Of a stretch of DNA of 60,931 nucleotides, positions 12,274-25,575 are shown piece after piece. The stretch is from Octopus bimaculoides (taxonomy: Eukaryota): contig NC_068983.1 of assembly GCF_001194135.2 (NCBI RefSeq), forward strand, positions 166,239,441 to 166,300,371, in the 5' to 3' direction. Position numbers and translations under genes: made by a program. How positions within the stretch are numbered: position 1 is the first letter of the stretch; the number at the start of each line of letters is the position of its first letter. The notes under the pieces are model-generated. The model searched no databases. It worked only from the letters and a program-made list of their open reading frames with translations, and was not told where the DNA came from.

Positions 12274-12306
<33 letters not shown>

Positions 12307-12378
12307 ACAGAGAGAGAGAGAGCTACAGAGAGAGAGAGAGAGCTACAGAGAGAGAGAGAGAGCTACAGAGAGAGAGAA
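12274..12378. repeat. (GA)n tract with four periodic GCTACA interruptions (nascent minisatellite)
   Basis: The unit AGCTACAG(AG)n is repeated four times with an 18-20 nt period. Confidence 0.9.
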
Positions 12379-12708
12379 AGAATATATTCATATTCATATG
12401 TGTTTGTACGTGTGGTAGAATGGGGACGGAAGATGAGAGAGAGAGCGAGAGAGAAGCAACAACTGTGGAGGCTGCAATGGTGGTAGATAGGGATGCCTAT
12501 AGTGGCACCTTCTTACCAGCAGTTGGCCTCCTCCACTTTGTGAACGATTCACTGGTTGGCTACTTTATTCACTGCATGCTTGGTAGAACTGGCTAACTAG
12601 GCAAGGGGCTGAACACTCTCCCTCACACATACACAAACACACACACACACACTTCTCGGCCTTTTGCTTAAGATCAAAGAATATGTGTATACACACACAC
12701 ATCCAACC

Positions 12709-12744
<36 letters not shown>

Positions 12745-13004
12745 GTATGTATACACACATATGTACATGTGTCTATACACACATCTTATTATACAAAGTT
12801 ATTCACTTGTCTGCAGACAAGTGTATGCGTTTTATACTCCAGTGTATATTATGTGCATTATACATAAATATACATATATAGAATATAAAGATAGTCAGGT
12901 GGTATGAGATGAATATATTTATTTCACTAGTTGATATCCATAGACTGACGGCCATTTCACAGCCAACACACACACGCACACACATGCACGAACACACACA
13001 TATG

Positions 13005-13337
13005 TGAAGGTACATGGCTTAATGGTTAGAGTGTTGAGCTTACGGTTGTGAGTTCAATTCCCAGACCGGGCTACATGCTGTGTTCTTGAGCAAGAGACTT
13101 TAATTCACATTGCTGCAGTTCACTCATCTGTAGAAATGAGTTGCGACGTCACTGGTGCCAAACTGTATTGGCCCCTTTTGCATTTCCCTTGGATAACATC
13201 TGTGGTGTGGAGAGGGGAGGCTGGTATGCATGAGTGACTGCTGGTCTTCCATAAAACAACCTTGCCTGGACTTGTACCTCAGAGGGTAACTTTCTAGGTG
13301 CAATCCCATGGTCATTTATGACCAAAGAGGGTCACCC

Positions 13338-13340
<3 letters not shown>
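13005..13340 (+). mobile_element. tRNA-derived SINE, family 2
   Basis: Head TGGCTTAATGG (A box) ... GAGTTCAATTCC (B box), CORE-like TTCTTGAGCAAG and a (TA)n tail. Near-identical copies occur at 28246-28584 (+) and 44752-45080 (-). Confidence 0.88.
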
Positions 13341-13373
<33 letters not shown>

Positions 13374-13911
13374 TNNNNNNNNNNNNNNNNNNNNNNNNNN
13401 NNNNNNNNNNNNNNNNNNNNNNNNNNNNNNNNNNNNNNNNNNNNNNNNNNNNNNNNNNNNNNNNNNNNNNNNNNNNNNNNNNNNNNNNNNNNNNNNNNNN
13501 NNNNNNNNNNNNNNNNNNNNNNNNNNNNNNNNNNNNNNNNNNNNNNNNNNNNNNNNNNNNNNNNNNNNNNNNNNNNNNNNNNNNNNNNNNNNNNNNNNNN
13601 NNNNNNNNNNNNNNNNNNNNNNNNNNNNNNNNNNNNNNNNNNNNNNNNNNNNNNNNNNNNNNNNNNNNNNNNNNNNNNNNNNNNNNNNNNNNNNNNNNNN
13701 NNNNNNNNNNNNNNNNNNNNNNNNNNNNNNNNNNNNNNNNNNNNNNNNNNNNNNNNNNNNNNNNNNNNNNNNNNNNNNNNNNNNNNNNNNNNNNNNNNNN
13801 NNNNNNNNNNNNNNNNNNNNNNNNNNNNNNNNNNNNNNNNNNNNNNNNNNNNNNNNNNNNNNNNNNNNNNNNNNNNNNNTTATGAAAATGTGCCTATACA
13901 CTCTGTATAAG

Positions 13912-13963
<52 letters not shown>

Positions 13964-14245
13964 TATACATACTATATCTCTCACTGGGGCTTTTTTTAAT
14001 TATTGACAGCTTTTTGGGGGCTAATGATTTTCCACAATACATCCATCCTTAGTATTGCAATAACTATTTAATCAGGAGTAGCATTAAAAAAATATCTTTA
14101 ACATGGCACAATATATCTCCTTCCTCAAAAAGAAAGAAAAACGAGAAACACAGCTTGGTATTAACCATTATCGAATATTACAGCAGCAGCACCACCCTTG
14201 GTTACAATGTTCTTTAAGCTCGTTAAGAAGTAGTTGCCTTTAAAC

Positions 14246-14493
14246 CAGTGTTTCTCAACCATTTTCCTCTGCCCCATGCCCACATATTGATTTTAAAAAA
14301 ACACAAATGTGTCCCACTATGAATGGACAAAGTTAGTGTACAGTATGTATATATTCAAAAGAAGTTTTAAAGTTTATTGCAAATTTTATTCAACTGTTAC
14401 TGCTTTATATCCCCCATTTTGAAGTAACCCACATCTCACCAAAATAATGCCATGCCCAACAGGTAGAAATTCATGGTGCCCTGAGAAACATAG
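14246..14493. mobile_element. hAT (Charlie-like) MITE
   Basis: Termini CAGTGTTTCTCAA / CTGAGAAACATAG, with 8-bp flanks CTTTAAAC and CCTTAAAC (7/8 match, consistent with a hAT target-site duplication). Confidence 0.7.
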
Positions 14494-15520
14494 CCTTAAA
14501 CCATAGTTACAACCAGATCTTTAATACAAAAAATATTGTCAAATTTTTATATTCAACCATCCCAAATTTTTACCATAATTATAAAACTTCAAATTAGTAA
14601 GCTTAACAAAATCAACAACCTAATAAAAGACCAATTCATGCAACTGTTTTGATCCCAACAAATGCCCTCTAAAATGCAGTTGTACGGCAAAATATAGTGT
14701 ATAGAGGCTTAATTACCACTAACAATAACTCAAAAGCTTACTTTGGCATGACCTCAAACCCATTTAAATCAAGTTTTTTTTTACAAATGCATTCCTGTGA
14801 GTTAGACCTTGTAAGTTTTGTACCATGGAAGGATACAATATACTTTTTACTAAGAAGCAATACATTGCAAGGGGTGATAGTGGTTTTCGTCACTGAGTTG
14901 TGCCTTGCTTGGGTATCACCCTCATATGTAGTTGACTAGTATTTATTTCAGTTTGATCCACTAAAATTACAAGGCATAAAAGAAGAGACACAATATATCA
15001 ATAACAGATTTTCAGACCCCCCACCCACACACACACAAACAGATTCATTCATTTTTACATGTTTTTCTCATGTCAGCATGGATTTGATGAATATGTTGTT
15101 GAGACGTTTTATAGTCAGATATCCTAACCCTTACCAATTTTTCAAGTAGGTTTCATTTCACTTGTCTTAAAAAACACAGAATTATCAGACAGGGAATGTC
15201 AACTAACAGCATAAGCCATAACTCAGCTATTCCTTATGTGATACACAAAATGTAAGCCTATACACACTCACATACAGCTCTACATAATAATAGCCAATAT
15301 GGATGTTGATTGGTTAATTTCTCCAGATATGCTTCACATCATTAAAAATGGGGAGGGGAGAGATGCAATGGGTGTCAGCATAAGAGGTGTAAGATGAGTG
15401 CACATACCAGGCTTGGTGACAGGCAATGAGTATATGAATGCTACACACACAGTGGAAGAGAAAGAATGTGAGACAGGTGAGGAGGAGAGTGTATAAACAC
15501 AGACACTTGTATATATTCCC

Positions 15521-15848
15521 AACCACATGGTTCCAGATTCGGTCCCACTACGTGGCACCTTGGGCAAGTGTTTCTGACCAAAACCTTGTGAGAGGATTTG
15601 GTAGATGGAAACTGAAAGAAGCCTGTCATATGTGTGTGTATATATATATACTTTTGTGTGTCTGTGCTTGTCCCTCCACCATCGCTTGACAACCAATGTT
15701 GGTGTGTTTGCGTCCCCATAACTTAGTGGTTCAGCAAAAGAGACCAATAGAATAAGTACTAGGCTTACAAAGAATAAGTCCTGGGGTTGATTCATTTGAC
15801 TAAAGGCGGTGCTCCAGCATGGCCACAGTCAAATGACTGAAACAAAAG

Positions 15849-15850
<2 letters not shown>
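15521..15850 (+). mobile_element. SINE family 1 with tail A, 5'-truncated
   Basis: Aligns by eye to 4286-4693 and 48515-48900. Confidence 0.85.
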
Positions 15851-15911
<61 letters not shown>

Positions 15912-16499
15912 CCATGGTATATTCCAAATTTGTCTGTCATATGACGAATAACATTCTAGTATAGAGGGATATATNNNNNNNNNNNNNNNNNNNNNNNNNN
16001 NNNNNNNNNNNNNNNNNNNNNNNNNNNNNNNNNNNNNNNNNNNNNNNNNNNNNNNNNNNNNNNNNNNNNNNNNNNNNNNNNNNNNNNNNNNNNNNNNNNN
16101 NNNNNNNNNNNNNNNNNNNNNNNNNNNNNNNNNNNNNNNNNNNNNNNNNNNNNNNNNNNNNNNNNNNNNNNNNNNNNNNNNNNNNNNNNNNNNTATATAT
16201 ATGGGACAGGCCTTACACAGAGTGTAGCCACAAGAGAAAAAGAGGAATCAAATTGGGAAAGCGATGGTTTAGAAGGCAAAAATGTTGCAGATTTCAGGAA
16301 GAAAAGAGAGGAAGAATAACTAGATTTTACAAACCAACCAGAGGCTTTCAAATATTAAGAACAAACTCAGCCATAAATATAATAATATTAGAATATAGAA
16401 GAGAGAAATATGATGTAAAGTGATAATTTATTTTCATCAAAACATTTTAACCCCATCTCAAAAGCCTTCATTATAATCATTCTCATGGCTGAAATGGTG

Positions 16500-16690
16500 G
16501 TGGATAAAACTTAATTGAATACCTTAATGTATTTAGGTTATATCTTCTGAACATTCTGAGTTTAAATACAAGTGGGGCCCCACTTATCCTTTCATATTGA
16601 GTCAATAAAATAGAGAACCAGTCGAGTACAGGGTTGATTTAATCGACTGTTCCTGACCCTGAAATACAAGGCTTTCTGGTGCCTATGTTA
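16500..16690 (+). mobile_element. tRNA-derived SINE, family 3 (degenerate)
   Basis: B-box-like GAGTTTAAAT followed by the conserved block CCTTTCAT...GTCAATAAAATA...CCAGT...GGTTGAT. The same block is seen inverted at 19320-19480, 42215-42625, 45995-46175 and 53230-53410. Confidence 0.6.
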
Positions 16691-17059
16691 CAAATCATCA
16701 TCGATATTATTATTGTTGTTATTATTATTATTATTATTAAAGGGTTGGACTTGAAACTCTACAACAGTGGCGTTTGTTTCTTCCCCACTTTAAAACCCCA
16801 CTGGAGTTAACTCTGCCTTTCATCCTTTTTAAGTCAATAAAATTGTTTCATTGGCTACAGGGATTAATTATTGGATTAATTATGTTAGGATTAATTATAC
16901 TGAGTGTATTCCTTCCACTTACAAAATACAATGGGGAGCCTGTACGTGATTTTACTCAACCTGCTAGAGATAGTAACCAAATCTACCTCAAACCACTTTT
17001 TTTTTAAATATCACATTGGATAATGTAGTCCAGTGTGCACTATTCCTGAAAATGAGACT

Positions 17060-17290
17060 AGATGGTCATGGCTTGAATCCCTGTATCATGTGTGCTCAAT
17101 ATTAGCAGAACCAAGGCATTGCAACTGACATGCTAGTGGTAAGAATAGCCCTTCACCAGTTATTTGAGGCAAAACATGAAGGCTACATTGTCAGAGCTAA
17201 GGCTCATACACTCAAACGCAAAGGAACTAAAGCTGTCCAATAGGCTTTAATAGTGGAGACACATGGCAACAAAACAACAATCGGATCTCT
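17060..17290 (+). mobile_element. Possible L1/Tx1-type ORF2 remnant
   Basis: Reads LHQLFEAKHEGYIVRAKAHTLKRKGTKAVQ*, loosely resembling the inter-domain EGA.IRSR...EGEK region of L1/Tx1 ORF2. Confidence 0.3.
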
Positions 17291-17559
17291 AGCTGTTGTC
17301 TATTCACAACAACCTCCACCTCGCACAACATGTTATACAGAAGGCTGGGATGAAAGCTGGCTTCTGTGGGGCTCTGGTCAGTTTGAATTAGTCTAAAACA
17401 CTCAGTAGGGACATACTATTCATACTAGGAAGCTGTCCTGAAATCAGCTGGGTTCTGACCTGTTCTCAGGGGTTGAATTGCTGCAATGTACAGCAATACC
17501 GACAGTCAAATTTTCTTACCCATGATAGCATGGAAAATGGACACTAAATGATTTTTCGT

Positions 17560-17579
17560 CTTATTATTATTATTATTAC

Positions 17580-17623
<44 letters not shown>
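17560..17623. repeat. (TTA)n microsatellite
   Basis: Read directly. Similar arrays occur at about 16710-16740, 28868-28915 and 43152-43195. Confidence 0.95.
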
Positions 17624-19319
17624 GGGTACTAGTTGGTGGAATCAGTAAAATGTTTGTGGCTTTTCATGAAGTCCCTTGATAATGTGTTTAAATTCTTTTA
17701 GAATAGAGTTTTTAATTAAATAACAGTCATGTAGTGTAACTCACTGGACCCACTATAACCCTCCTTTGAGTGTAAGTGAAAAATTAGTATTATTATTATT
17801 ATCAGAGAGGTGGTGGTGGTGGTGGTGGTCATTATCCTGCAAACTGAAGCTATTAGTGAAGCAAGTCAGCAACTAGATTATTATTTTTACTTACAACTAC
17901 TACTTCAGTTGTTTAATTAAGGATCCTGGAACAGTCCAAGCATTACAATAATCCATTTTTATCATTCTATATACATAAAACTGTGATTTTAGGCTGATGT
18001 GAAGAATGTTCAATTTCTCATTGAGTAAAAAATTCAACACCTCTTTCTTGCATCTACTAAATAAAACAAAATAGTTTTGTGACTTAACACTTAAAAAAAT
18101 AAAAATAATCATTACCATCATCAGGATCTGGCAAGAGGTGTAAAGACCAAGTTCTTTGGAAACAAAGAACTTGTTTCATTTCAAAGTTGGGGACTTTTTC
18201 ACTTACATCATTATCACCCCTGGAGAAAATCATGGATGCTATTTCCCCTTTCTTCACTCCCACCCACCTTGAAACTGCTGGCTTCATAAATGTATAAGAA
18301 CTTAAGGGACACCAGTGACAGAAAATTGGGATAGATAGTGATGCATTCAAAGGATCCAATTGATGGTTTCAGGATCCAGAGATTAATCAAATACCAGGAG
18401 GGCTCCAGTAATGATATTATTTTTTTGATCCTACAACACCTGGCAAATAAGATCTCTAGAGCTCGTACTTTCCCTTACAAAAGATAGTCATGTAAGTAAC
18501 AGGCCCCACCACAAAAAAAAAGAAAAAGAGAAAGGGGGGGTCAGTTATATTATACAGCCCCCTCTTTATCATGCCATTGGTCTTAAGTCAAAAGTAATCA
18601 TTATGATTACATTTTAGACATTATTCCCAGAATACCTTTTTTGAAATGTTATAACCATTCTATTCTCTCTGTGAAACTGAATCTCCATGCCAGTGTAAGT
18701 ATTATACTTATTATTGATTTTTGTAATCATACAAACACCAGTACAAGACAAATGGTTTTGGCAAACTTGGAATACAGTTAATAAGAGCAACTGTTTTACA
18801 GCTGGATGGTTTTTCCACCACTAACCATTCAACCATGAAATTGATTCCTATTTTCAGTCAGGCATGGTGATGAAAGTAGAGTAATATACCTTATATGGAG
18901 GCATAACACAATGGCTAAAATAAAAATAATGTTTGAAGTCAAGATCCTAGAGTTGTTACTGATCTAAATAAATTATGCTAAAAACTATGAAACTACCAAC
19001 GCAGGCATCCTGAATCGAACTATCACCCTCAAACAGATAATGGATTATAGTGTAATTAATAACAATCTGATTAACTCTACCTTAGAGACAAGACTAGAAA
19101 TTTCGAGGCATGGTATCCCTGACTAAACTGAATCTAGCACAGAACTGATGCATATATGTTATTAATGTTGGTAAGATGTGCAGCAAAAGCTAACCTCGAT
19201 AGAGTTTGAACTCAAAATGTAAAAAGAAATGTGACTAGATGCTGCAAATCCACCACTTTAATAGGTACTGTTTCTAGCAGAGGTAGAAGACCTAAAATTG
19301 ACAACAGAGTCTTAGTTGA

Positions 19320-19480
19320 TACCAACAACCCCAGTTCTTGACCAGCATTTTACTTTATTGACCCTAGAAGTACAAAAAACAAAGTTGACCTCAGCAAAAT
19401 TTGAAACCAGAATCGAAAGAGGCAGAACAAATACCACAAGGCATTCTTTCTTATGTTCTAACTTCCATTAGAACTCAAGT
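19320..19480 (-). mobile_element. SINE family 3 (degenerate)
   Basis: Shares the ...TTTATTGACCC...AAAGTTGACCTC...ATTTGAA block with 42405-42625. Confidence 0.6.
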
Positions 19481-20176
19481 AAAAAAAAAAAAAAAAAATT
19501 TAATCACAACATGACCTTTCAACATGTTAAAAATAGCAGCCAAGCACACCACCTTTTCCTTCAGCATACCTTACTATTTAAAGAGGAAAGGCATCAAATG
19601 TGGTCCTGGTGTACACTTCCCAAAAGGCAGATGAGATTGTCATGGTTAGAATACCTTTGATTACAGATTTGCTCAATTAGGATTCACCTGGACTGAAACA
19701 ACATAAAACTGTTTCCCTACTACCACCAAAATGATTTTAAAGGAGTAGGTATGGTTGGTTGTGTGGCTAGGAACGTTGTTTTGCAAACTAGATAGTTTCA
19801 GATGCAATCCTACTGCACACTCAGGTCTGACCAAAGCCTTGTAAGTGAAATTTAGTTGATGAAAAATGTATGACAGCCCATCATAGAGGCTGTTCCTATC
19901 CATGGGTGGTAAACTTAATCTGTTACCCATCAGGCCTTGAAAGCTTTACTACAGTCCACTCTGTTATATCCATTTAGCCAAGATTGTGGTCTGAAAATAA
20001 TTTCTTCCTTAGCTCCCCTAAGTCTTGAAGGTCTAAAAAAGGGGCATGGCTATTGCCACTCCTCCTCTGACTAACTCATACAAAAAAATTAAGAGTGGAT
20101 TTAAATTAATTTTCATCTTTGTAGTTTCTTGTGTATAAAATGTTGTTTGATGGTCACTAACTAATATAATACTTAA

Positions 20177-20400
20177 CCCTTTCATTATCCCATTTCTGTT
20201 AAAATACATTGACAGTTTCAGTTCTGAAATACAATGACCATTTCAATTGGTTCTGAAAAGGACTTATTCATCAGTAAACTGAGATTTGGAACAGAAATTG
20301 ACATAAAATTCTGAAAAATGGTTTTAATTTAGATAATATAAAACATGAGATATGTATGTTAGAAGCAAGGGCATTCTTGGATGTGTTGGCATGAAACGGG
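20177..20400. mobile_element. TTAA-flanked MITE, family B
   Basis: TTAA|CCCTTTCAT ... ATGAAACGGG|TTAA. The body resembles 32385-32605. Confidence 0.8.
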
Positions 20401-20828
20401 TTAAAATCAACAACACATATTCCACACAGCTTCCATTTCACTTTCAGTGGAACTAAGACCAAGTTGAGTTTACACTCGATACACTAGCTGTGTGTTCTTG
20501 CACTGCACAACCTCATCAGTTCAAAGAAGTACAATCTTTTCTCCAGCTTCATAAGCAGACAACTAACACCTAAGCAGAAGCTTAGTGCTCAGAAGAAGAC
20601 ACTTGAAATGGATACCTGTCTAAGTATCTTAGCTCTCTTGATGTTACATAACACTAATGAATACAGACCATCTTCTATTTGAAACCTTAACTCTTTACTT
20701 GCCAAGTACCCAATTACCTGCTTATAGACAGGATCAAGAAATATCTTTTTACAACATTACACTATGGCACCATAATTGTATTTAAAAGATTCTTAACACA
20801 TTCTTCGCTTATTTTCTTTTATTCGTTA

Positions 20829-20969
20829 TGAGGTTAAAGGGTTTGCTTCCCAACTACATGATTTCAGGCAGTTGCATGGTGTGGCACCTTGATCTAATGT
20901 CTTCTATAGCTTTGGATTGACCAGTGCCTTATAAGTGGATTTAGTAATAGGATACTGAAAGAAGCCTAC

Positions 20970-20970
<1 letters not shown>
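20829..20970 (+). mobile_element. SINE family 1 head and core (degenerate)
   Basis: GTGGCACCTTG...GTGGATTT...ACTGAAAGAAGCC followed by (TG)n. Confidence 0.65.
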
Positions 20971-21021
<51 letters not shown>

Positions 21022-21344
21022 CGCGCAAGTGTGTGTATGATAGTGTTTGTTTACATTTGAGTTCCACAGAAGTCACTTGTCTCAGAGCTGTTGTCACTTC
21101 TTCTGTTAACAAACCTTCCACTGACTTTGAACTTTCAAGGTCAGATGAAATAAAAAGACCCTTCACCTTAAAAACACGTAAAGATTACCAACAAGAAAGG
21201 TATCTGAACCAACGATAACGTATTCATCTAACCCATGCTAGTAGGTAAAAATGGATTCAAAACAAATGAAGAAATGTTTATAGAAATGAAGGCTAACTGG
21301 GAAGATAGTTTTTGTGTGGCAAATGCTCAGGGACAATGAACACT

Positions 21345-22290
21345 GACAATGTGCAGAAAACAGCTTCCGTCACATTCCAAAAGGGAAAAACTACAAAAAG
21401 TTGATAGCTTCCGTTACCTAGGTGACCAAGTCAGTAGTGATGTGGATGCTCTGAGGGCAAAGTTCAGAGAGCTCCTACCTCTGCTGGTGACAAAGGGCCT
21501 CTCGCTCAGGGTAAAAGGTAGAATGTAATGACACATGTGTGCGAACAGCCATGCTACATGGCAGTGAAACATGGGCCATGACTGCTGATGACATGTGTAA
21601 GCTTTCAAGGAATGAAGCTAGTATGCTCTGCTGGATGTGTAATGTCAGTGTGCATACATGACAGAGTGTAATCGCCCTGAGAGAAAAGTTGGATATAAGA
21701 AGCATCAGATGTGGTGTGCAAGACAGACAACTGTGCTGGTATGGTCATGTGATGTGTATGGATGAGGAGAGCTGTGTGAAAGAAAAAGTGTCACACCCTA
21801 GCAGTAGAGGGAACCTGTGAAAGAGGTAGACCCAGGAAGACCTGGGATGAGGTGGTGAAGCACGACCTTTGAAAGTTGAGCCTTGCCAAGGTGATGACAA
21901 GTGACCGAGACCTTTGGAGATATGCTGTGCTTGAGAAGACCCAGCAAGCCAAGTGAGACCATAACCGTGGCCTATGCCAGTGCAGCGTAACCAGCCCATT
22001 TAAGAGTATTTTTCAATCATTGGGCAATAAATTGCGCTTGTGAAGACCTGTTGAGGCAAGTGAAGTTGTTGTCATGGCCGATGCCAGTATCACCTGATTG
22101 GCACCCATGCTGATGGCACATAAAAAGCACCCACTATACTCTCGGAGTGGTTGGCGTTAGGAAGGGCATCCAACTGCAGAAACTTTGGCAGATCGGATTG
22201 GAGCCTGGTGCAGCCTTCTGGCTTGCCAGCTCTCAGTCAAACCATCCAATCCATACCAGCATGAAAAGCGGACATTAAACGATGATGATG
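21345..22290 (+). mobile_element. 5'-truncated RTE LINE (ORF C-terminus, 3' UTR and (GAT)n tail), degenerate
   Basis: Remnant translation VDSFRYLGDQVSS..KFRELLPLLVTKGLSLRVKGR..CVRTAMLHGSETWAMT..WYGHVM..RGRPRKTWDEVVKHDL..DRDLWRYAVLEKT, ending GGACATTAAACGATGATGATG. Confidence 0.92.
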
Positions 22291-22479
22291 AATGAAGGTT
22301 TAGATGCATACTTGACTGGGTTAATTGGGGATTCTGTTCTTCACATTCTCTCTCAAGTTTTATCTTCTGCAGTTTCAATCAAAAATAATGTTTCTATCTA
22401 TAGAGTTTATTATGAATATACTTAGATTTCAGCTTAAACTTATTCAAATTATTATAGTTTGATATCATAGTGTCAACAT

Positions 22480-22730
22480 CTACTTTTCCATGTGTGCATG
22501 CAACAAATGGAATTCACTGAAGTAGATTCTCTATGGCTGAATGCCCTTCCTGTTGCCAACCTGTTTCTATTTCCAAGCAAGGCAATATTTTCCCTTGGCC
22601 AGACAAGTTTTCATGGAAGATTGCAAAATGAATCATACCACTTGTATGATGGTATGATTCATTTCGTATGATGGTACAATGCTCGTTTACGCCTATCAAG
22701 CAATGTCAAGACAAGGACACAAAGACACAC
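22480..22730 (-). mobile_element. SINE tail B segment (RTE-like 3' end)
   Basis: GATGCCCTTCCTGTTGCCAACC...AAGCAAGGCAATATTTTCCC...GTCAAGACAAGG, homologous to 26450-26735 and 29965-30210. Confidence 0.65.
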
Positions 22731-22895
22731 CTCTTGGAATTGTAATGAATATAAATAAAAAGAAAAAAACCACAGGAGGAACAAATTTTAACAAATATTA
22801 TAAAAGAGAAGCTTATCTCTGTCTGTGTATCACCACATATATGTCAAAGGAGGGAAGAAAGGGAAGGGAAAAAGTTGTTGAGAGAGAGGGAGAGA

Positions 22896-22931
<36 letters not shown>

Positions 22932-22967
22932 CAGTGTGTGTGTGTGTGAGAGAGAGAGAGAGTGACA

Positions 22968-23001
<34 letters not shown>

Positions 23002-23499
23002 GAAATAGGTAGGTAGTGTTGTCACCACAGTAACTAGCAAGTTTTGATTAAAAACATGGATTAGGGAATTTTAACTGTGTCTACCTGATCCAGTGTTCAT
23101 GCATGGACAATTTTATGTTGATAACAGCAGAGTGGGAAACTCTGAAAATCAGCACATATATACACAAGCCAAACAGAGGCTGACAACACAGCCAGGAAGG
23201 GACAAGACGAGGGAGAGACAACTTTGAAAAGGAATGTTGTTTATCATCAAGTTATCTTATGAGATATTGTTGAATGTATCTTATGAGATATTGTTCAATG
23301 AATATACTTAATCTGTAGAATATGAAAAATAAAAGTATCTTAAATAAATGCTGATGCTCAGCCGTCCTAAAATTGTCACTAATCTTCACCAAGAAAGTCA
23401 ATCTGAACATCATTTGAATAATTTACGAAGACACAGACATGATTAACAAATATTTTTACAGGCAGTGTAGTGACAGGTAAATTCCTGGTAGTGTATTAA

Positions 23500-23655
23500 T
23501 TTTACTACAGTTTCCATTTTCTAAATCAACTTACAATGTTTTGATTGGCTTATCGGCTCATGGTTATACTTACCCAAGGTTCTTTGTAGCAGGACTGAAC
23601 CCAAAATCATGTAGTAGGGAAGCAACCTTAACCACACAACCATGCCTGCACCTCT
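23500..23655 (-). mobile_element. SINE family 1 head and core (degenerate)
   Basis: ...CCCAAGG...GGACTGAACCC...CTTAACCACACAACCATGCCTG. Confidence 0.65.
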
Positions 23656-23739
23656 ACATTTAATTATCCCTACTAAAATTTATACAATTTTATCTCCTAG
23701 GTTGTTTTAATTTTTTTTTTTTTTTTTTTTATCAATCAG

Positions 23740-23968
23740 GGTAGAATTCGAAAAATTGAAATTGCTTTTCAGTTTGAAATCTATTTAAAGTGTTAGTTTT
23801 TATGAAACAGTTAATCATTGTATCTAAAGAAAGCCAAACATTAAGCTGATTTTTAGAAGATAAATTAACATGAAATTTTGACAGAAGGTTTTAATTTCCT
23901 ATCAATTTAAACTGGAAGTTTGTATCATAGAATGAGAGGCAGAATCAGGCAGGCTGGTATCAAAAGGG
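23740..23968. mobile_element. TTAA-type MITE, family B (left end obscured)
   Basis: The right end GGCAGGCTGGTATCAAAAGGG and the body match 32385-32605. Confidence 0.7.
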
Positions 23969-25008
23969 TTTAAGTGCAATTTCTAATGTTGGCAGAAATT
24001 CTTGAATCAGTTGTTTTGCAATATGATTCTTGTAATAGCAACTACTCAAAACAGTAGATAGGTGTAGTTGCTATTTTTAGCTAAGCTGACACTAAGCAAA
24101 GCGTCGCAAACAATGTACAACAGAAAGAGAGCCTGACTATAAAGGCGGTGTCTAGTCAGTAACATTGCTCCTTAACCACTCAGCCAATACAACAATATTT
24201 CAAAATTTACTGACACTAGTAAACGCTGTTAGTTCTCCCCCAAAACAACTAAATATCATTTTAGGGTGTCAGCATAATTCAAATGGAAAGGAATATATTT
24301 AATTTTGACTCATGCATGAGAGCTGCCTGAAACATAAATCTTCTAAATGCTCCACCACCATCACCACCACCACCACCACCACCACAACCACATCCTGCCT
24401 CCCCCTGTTTTGCTCTTTTCTCTCTTTCCTGAAGATTTAGATAAGATTGGAAGTTGTGTTTGTTGGGATATCTCATGTCCACCAATGAGTTGCTCTCCAA
24501 GAATCACTTTATTGTAAAGAATGCAATAGTGTGTGTGTGTGCATGTGTGCGTATACACACATACATACATTTTCATACGCATGAAATAAAACTGGAGTAA
24601 AAACTATACATAAAAAATAAAACAAAAAATATTAAATTATTATCAAGAAAGATTTTCTTTTTGGCATGGATTTAGAAGCTAATTATCATTGATACAAGAA
24701 TGTATGTATGAGATCATTGTACACACACACACACTAGATGTACATAGATAAGCTTTGCAAGGATGGGGAAACAGGAATGACTGAGTAATGGAAGAGGAGT
24801 TGATCAGTTTAAAGTATTTCTAGTAAGTAGTTAAGGAAAAACATGCATGAGATGCGAGTTCCGGAGGTGTATAGTTCTGTCAAGGAAGTTTTGGGAAAGG
24901 TTTAGGGAGTGAATGAGATTGAGTATGATGTCAGAAGATACCAGTGCATTCACTGGATCTAAGTTGTGTTAAGAGAAGCAGGCATGTAAACACATCTGAC
25001 AGTGTGTG

Positions 25009-25050
<42 letters not shown>

Positions 25051-25575
25051 TTGGGTACAAAACTGTTTAGAGTGCTGCAGTACTAACATTATGTTCAAAC
25101 CTTGTATAATGATTTTTTTGATATATTATTTTTTTTAAAGGCATATCAATGTGCTGGTGCCACAAAAAAGGCACCAAGTACACACTGTAAGTGGTTGTAG
25201 TAAGGAAGGGTAATTTAACCTCAGAAACCATGCTGAAGTATGATGTGGTTCTTCACCCCCCCCCCCCCTTGTCAGACCCTGTTAAACTGTCCAACCCATG
25301 CCAGTATGGAAGACAGACATTACATGATAATGAAGATGATGTGCAAAAACCTAGTAAACCGATTCAGTAGAGACATGACAGGATTTACTGCTTATGATCA
25401 ATATTGTTGAAACAAGGTACCACCACTGCAGTTGATCAGTTAACATTTTTTCCAATAAAACATTACGTGCCAACAATTTTAGAAAATATCTCAAGTTTCT
25501 TCACCACGCAACAAAATCCCAAATACAAAGGAGTAAATTAGTTATTAGTGACGGAAGCAGTTTTTGTAACGAATC

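Noticed and set aside
7253-16351. Long ORFs in the track with HT, VC, YI, YLSI or X runs
   Set aside because: These are translations of (CA)n, (TA)n and (GATA)n microsatellites or of N-gaps.
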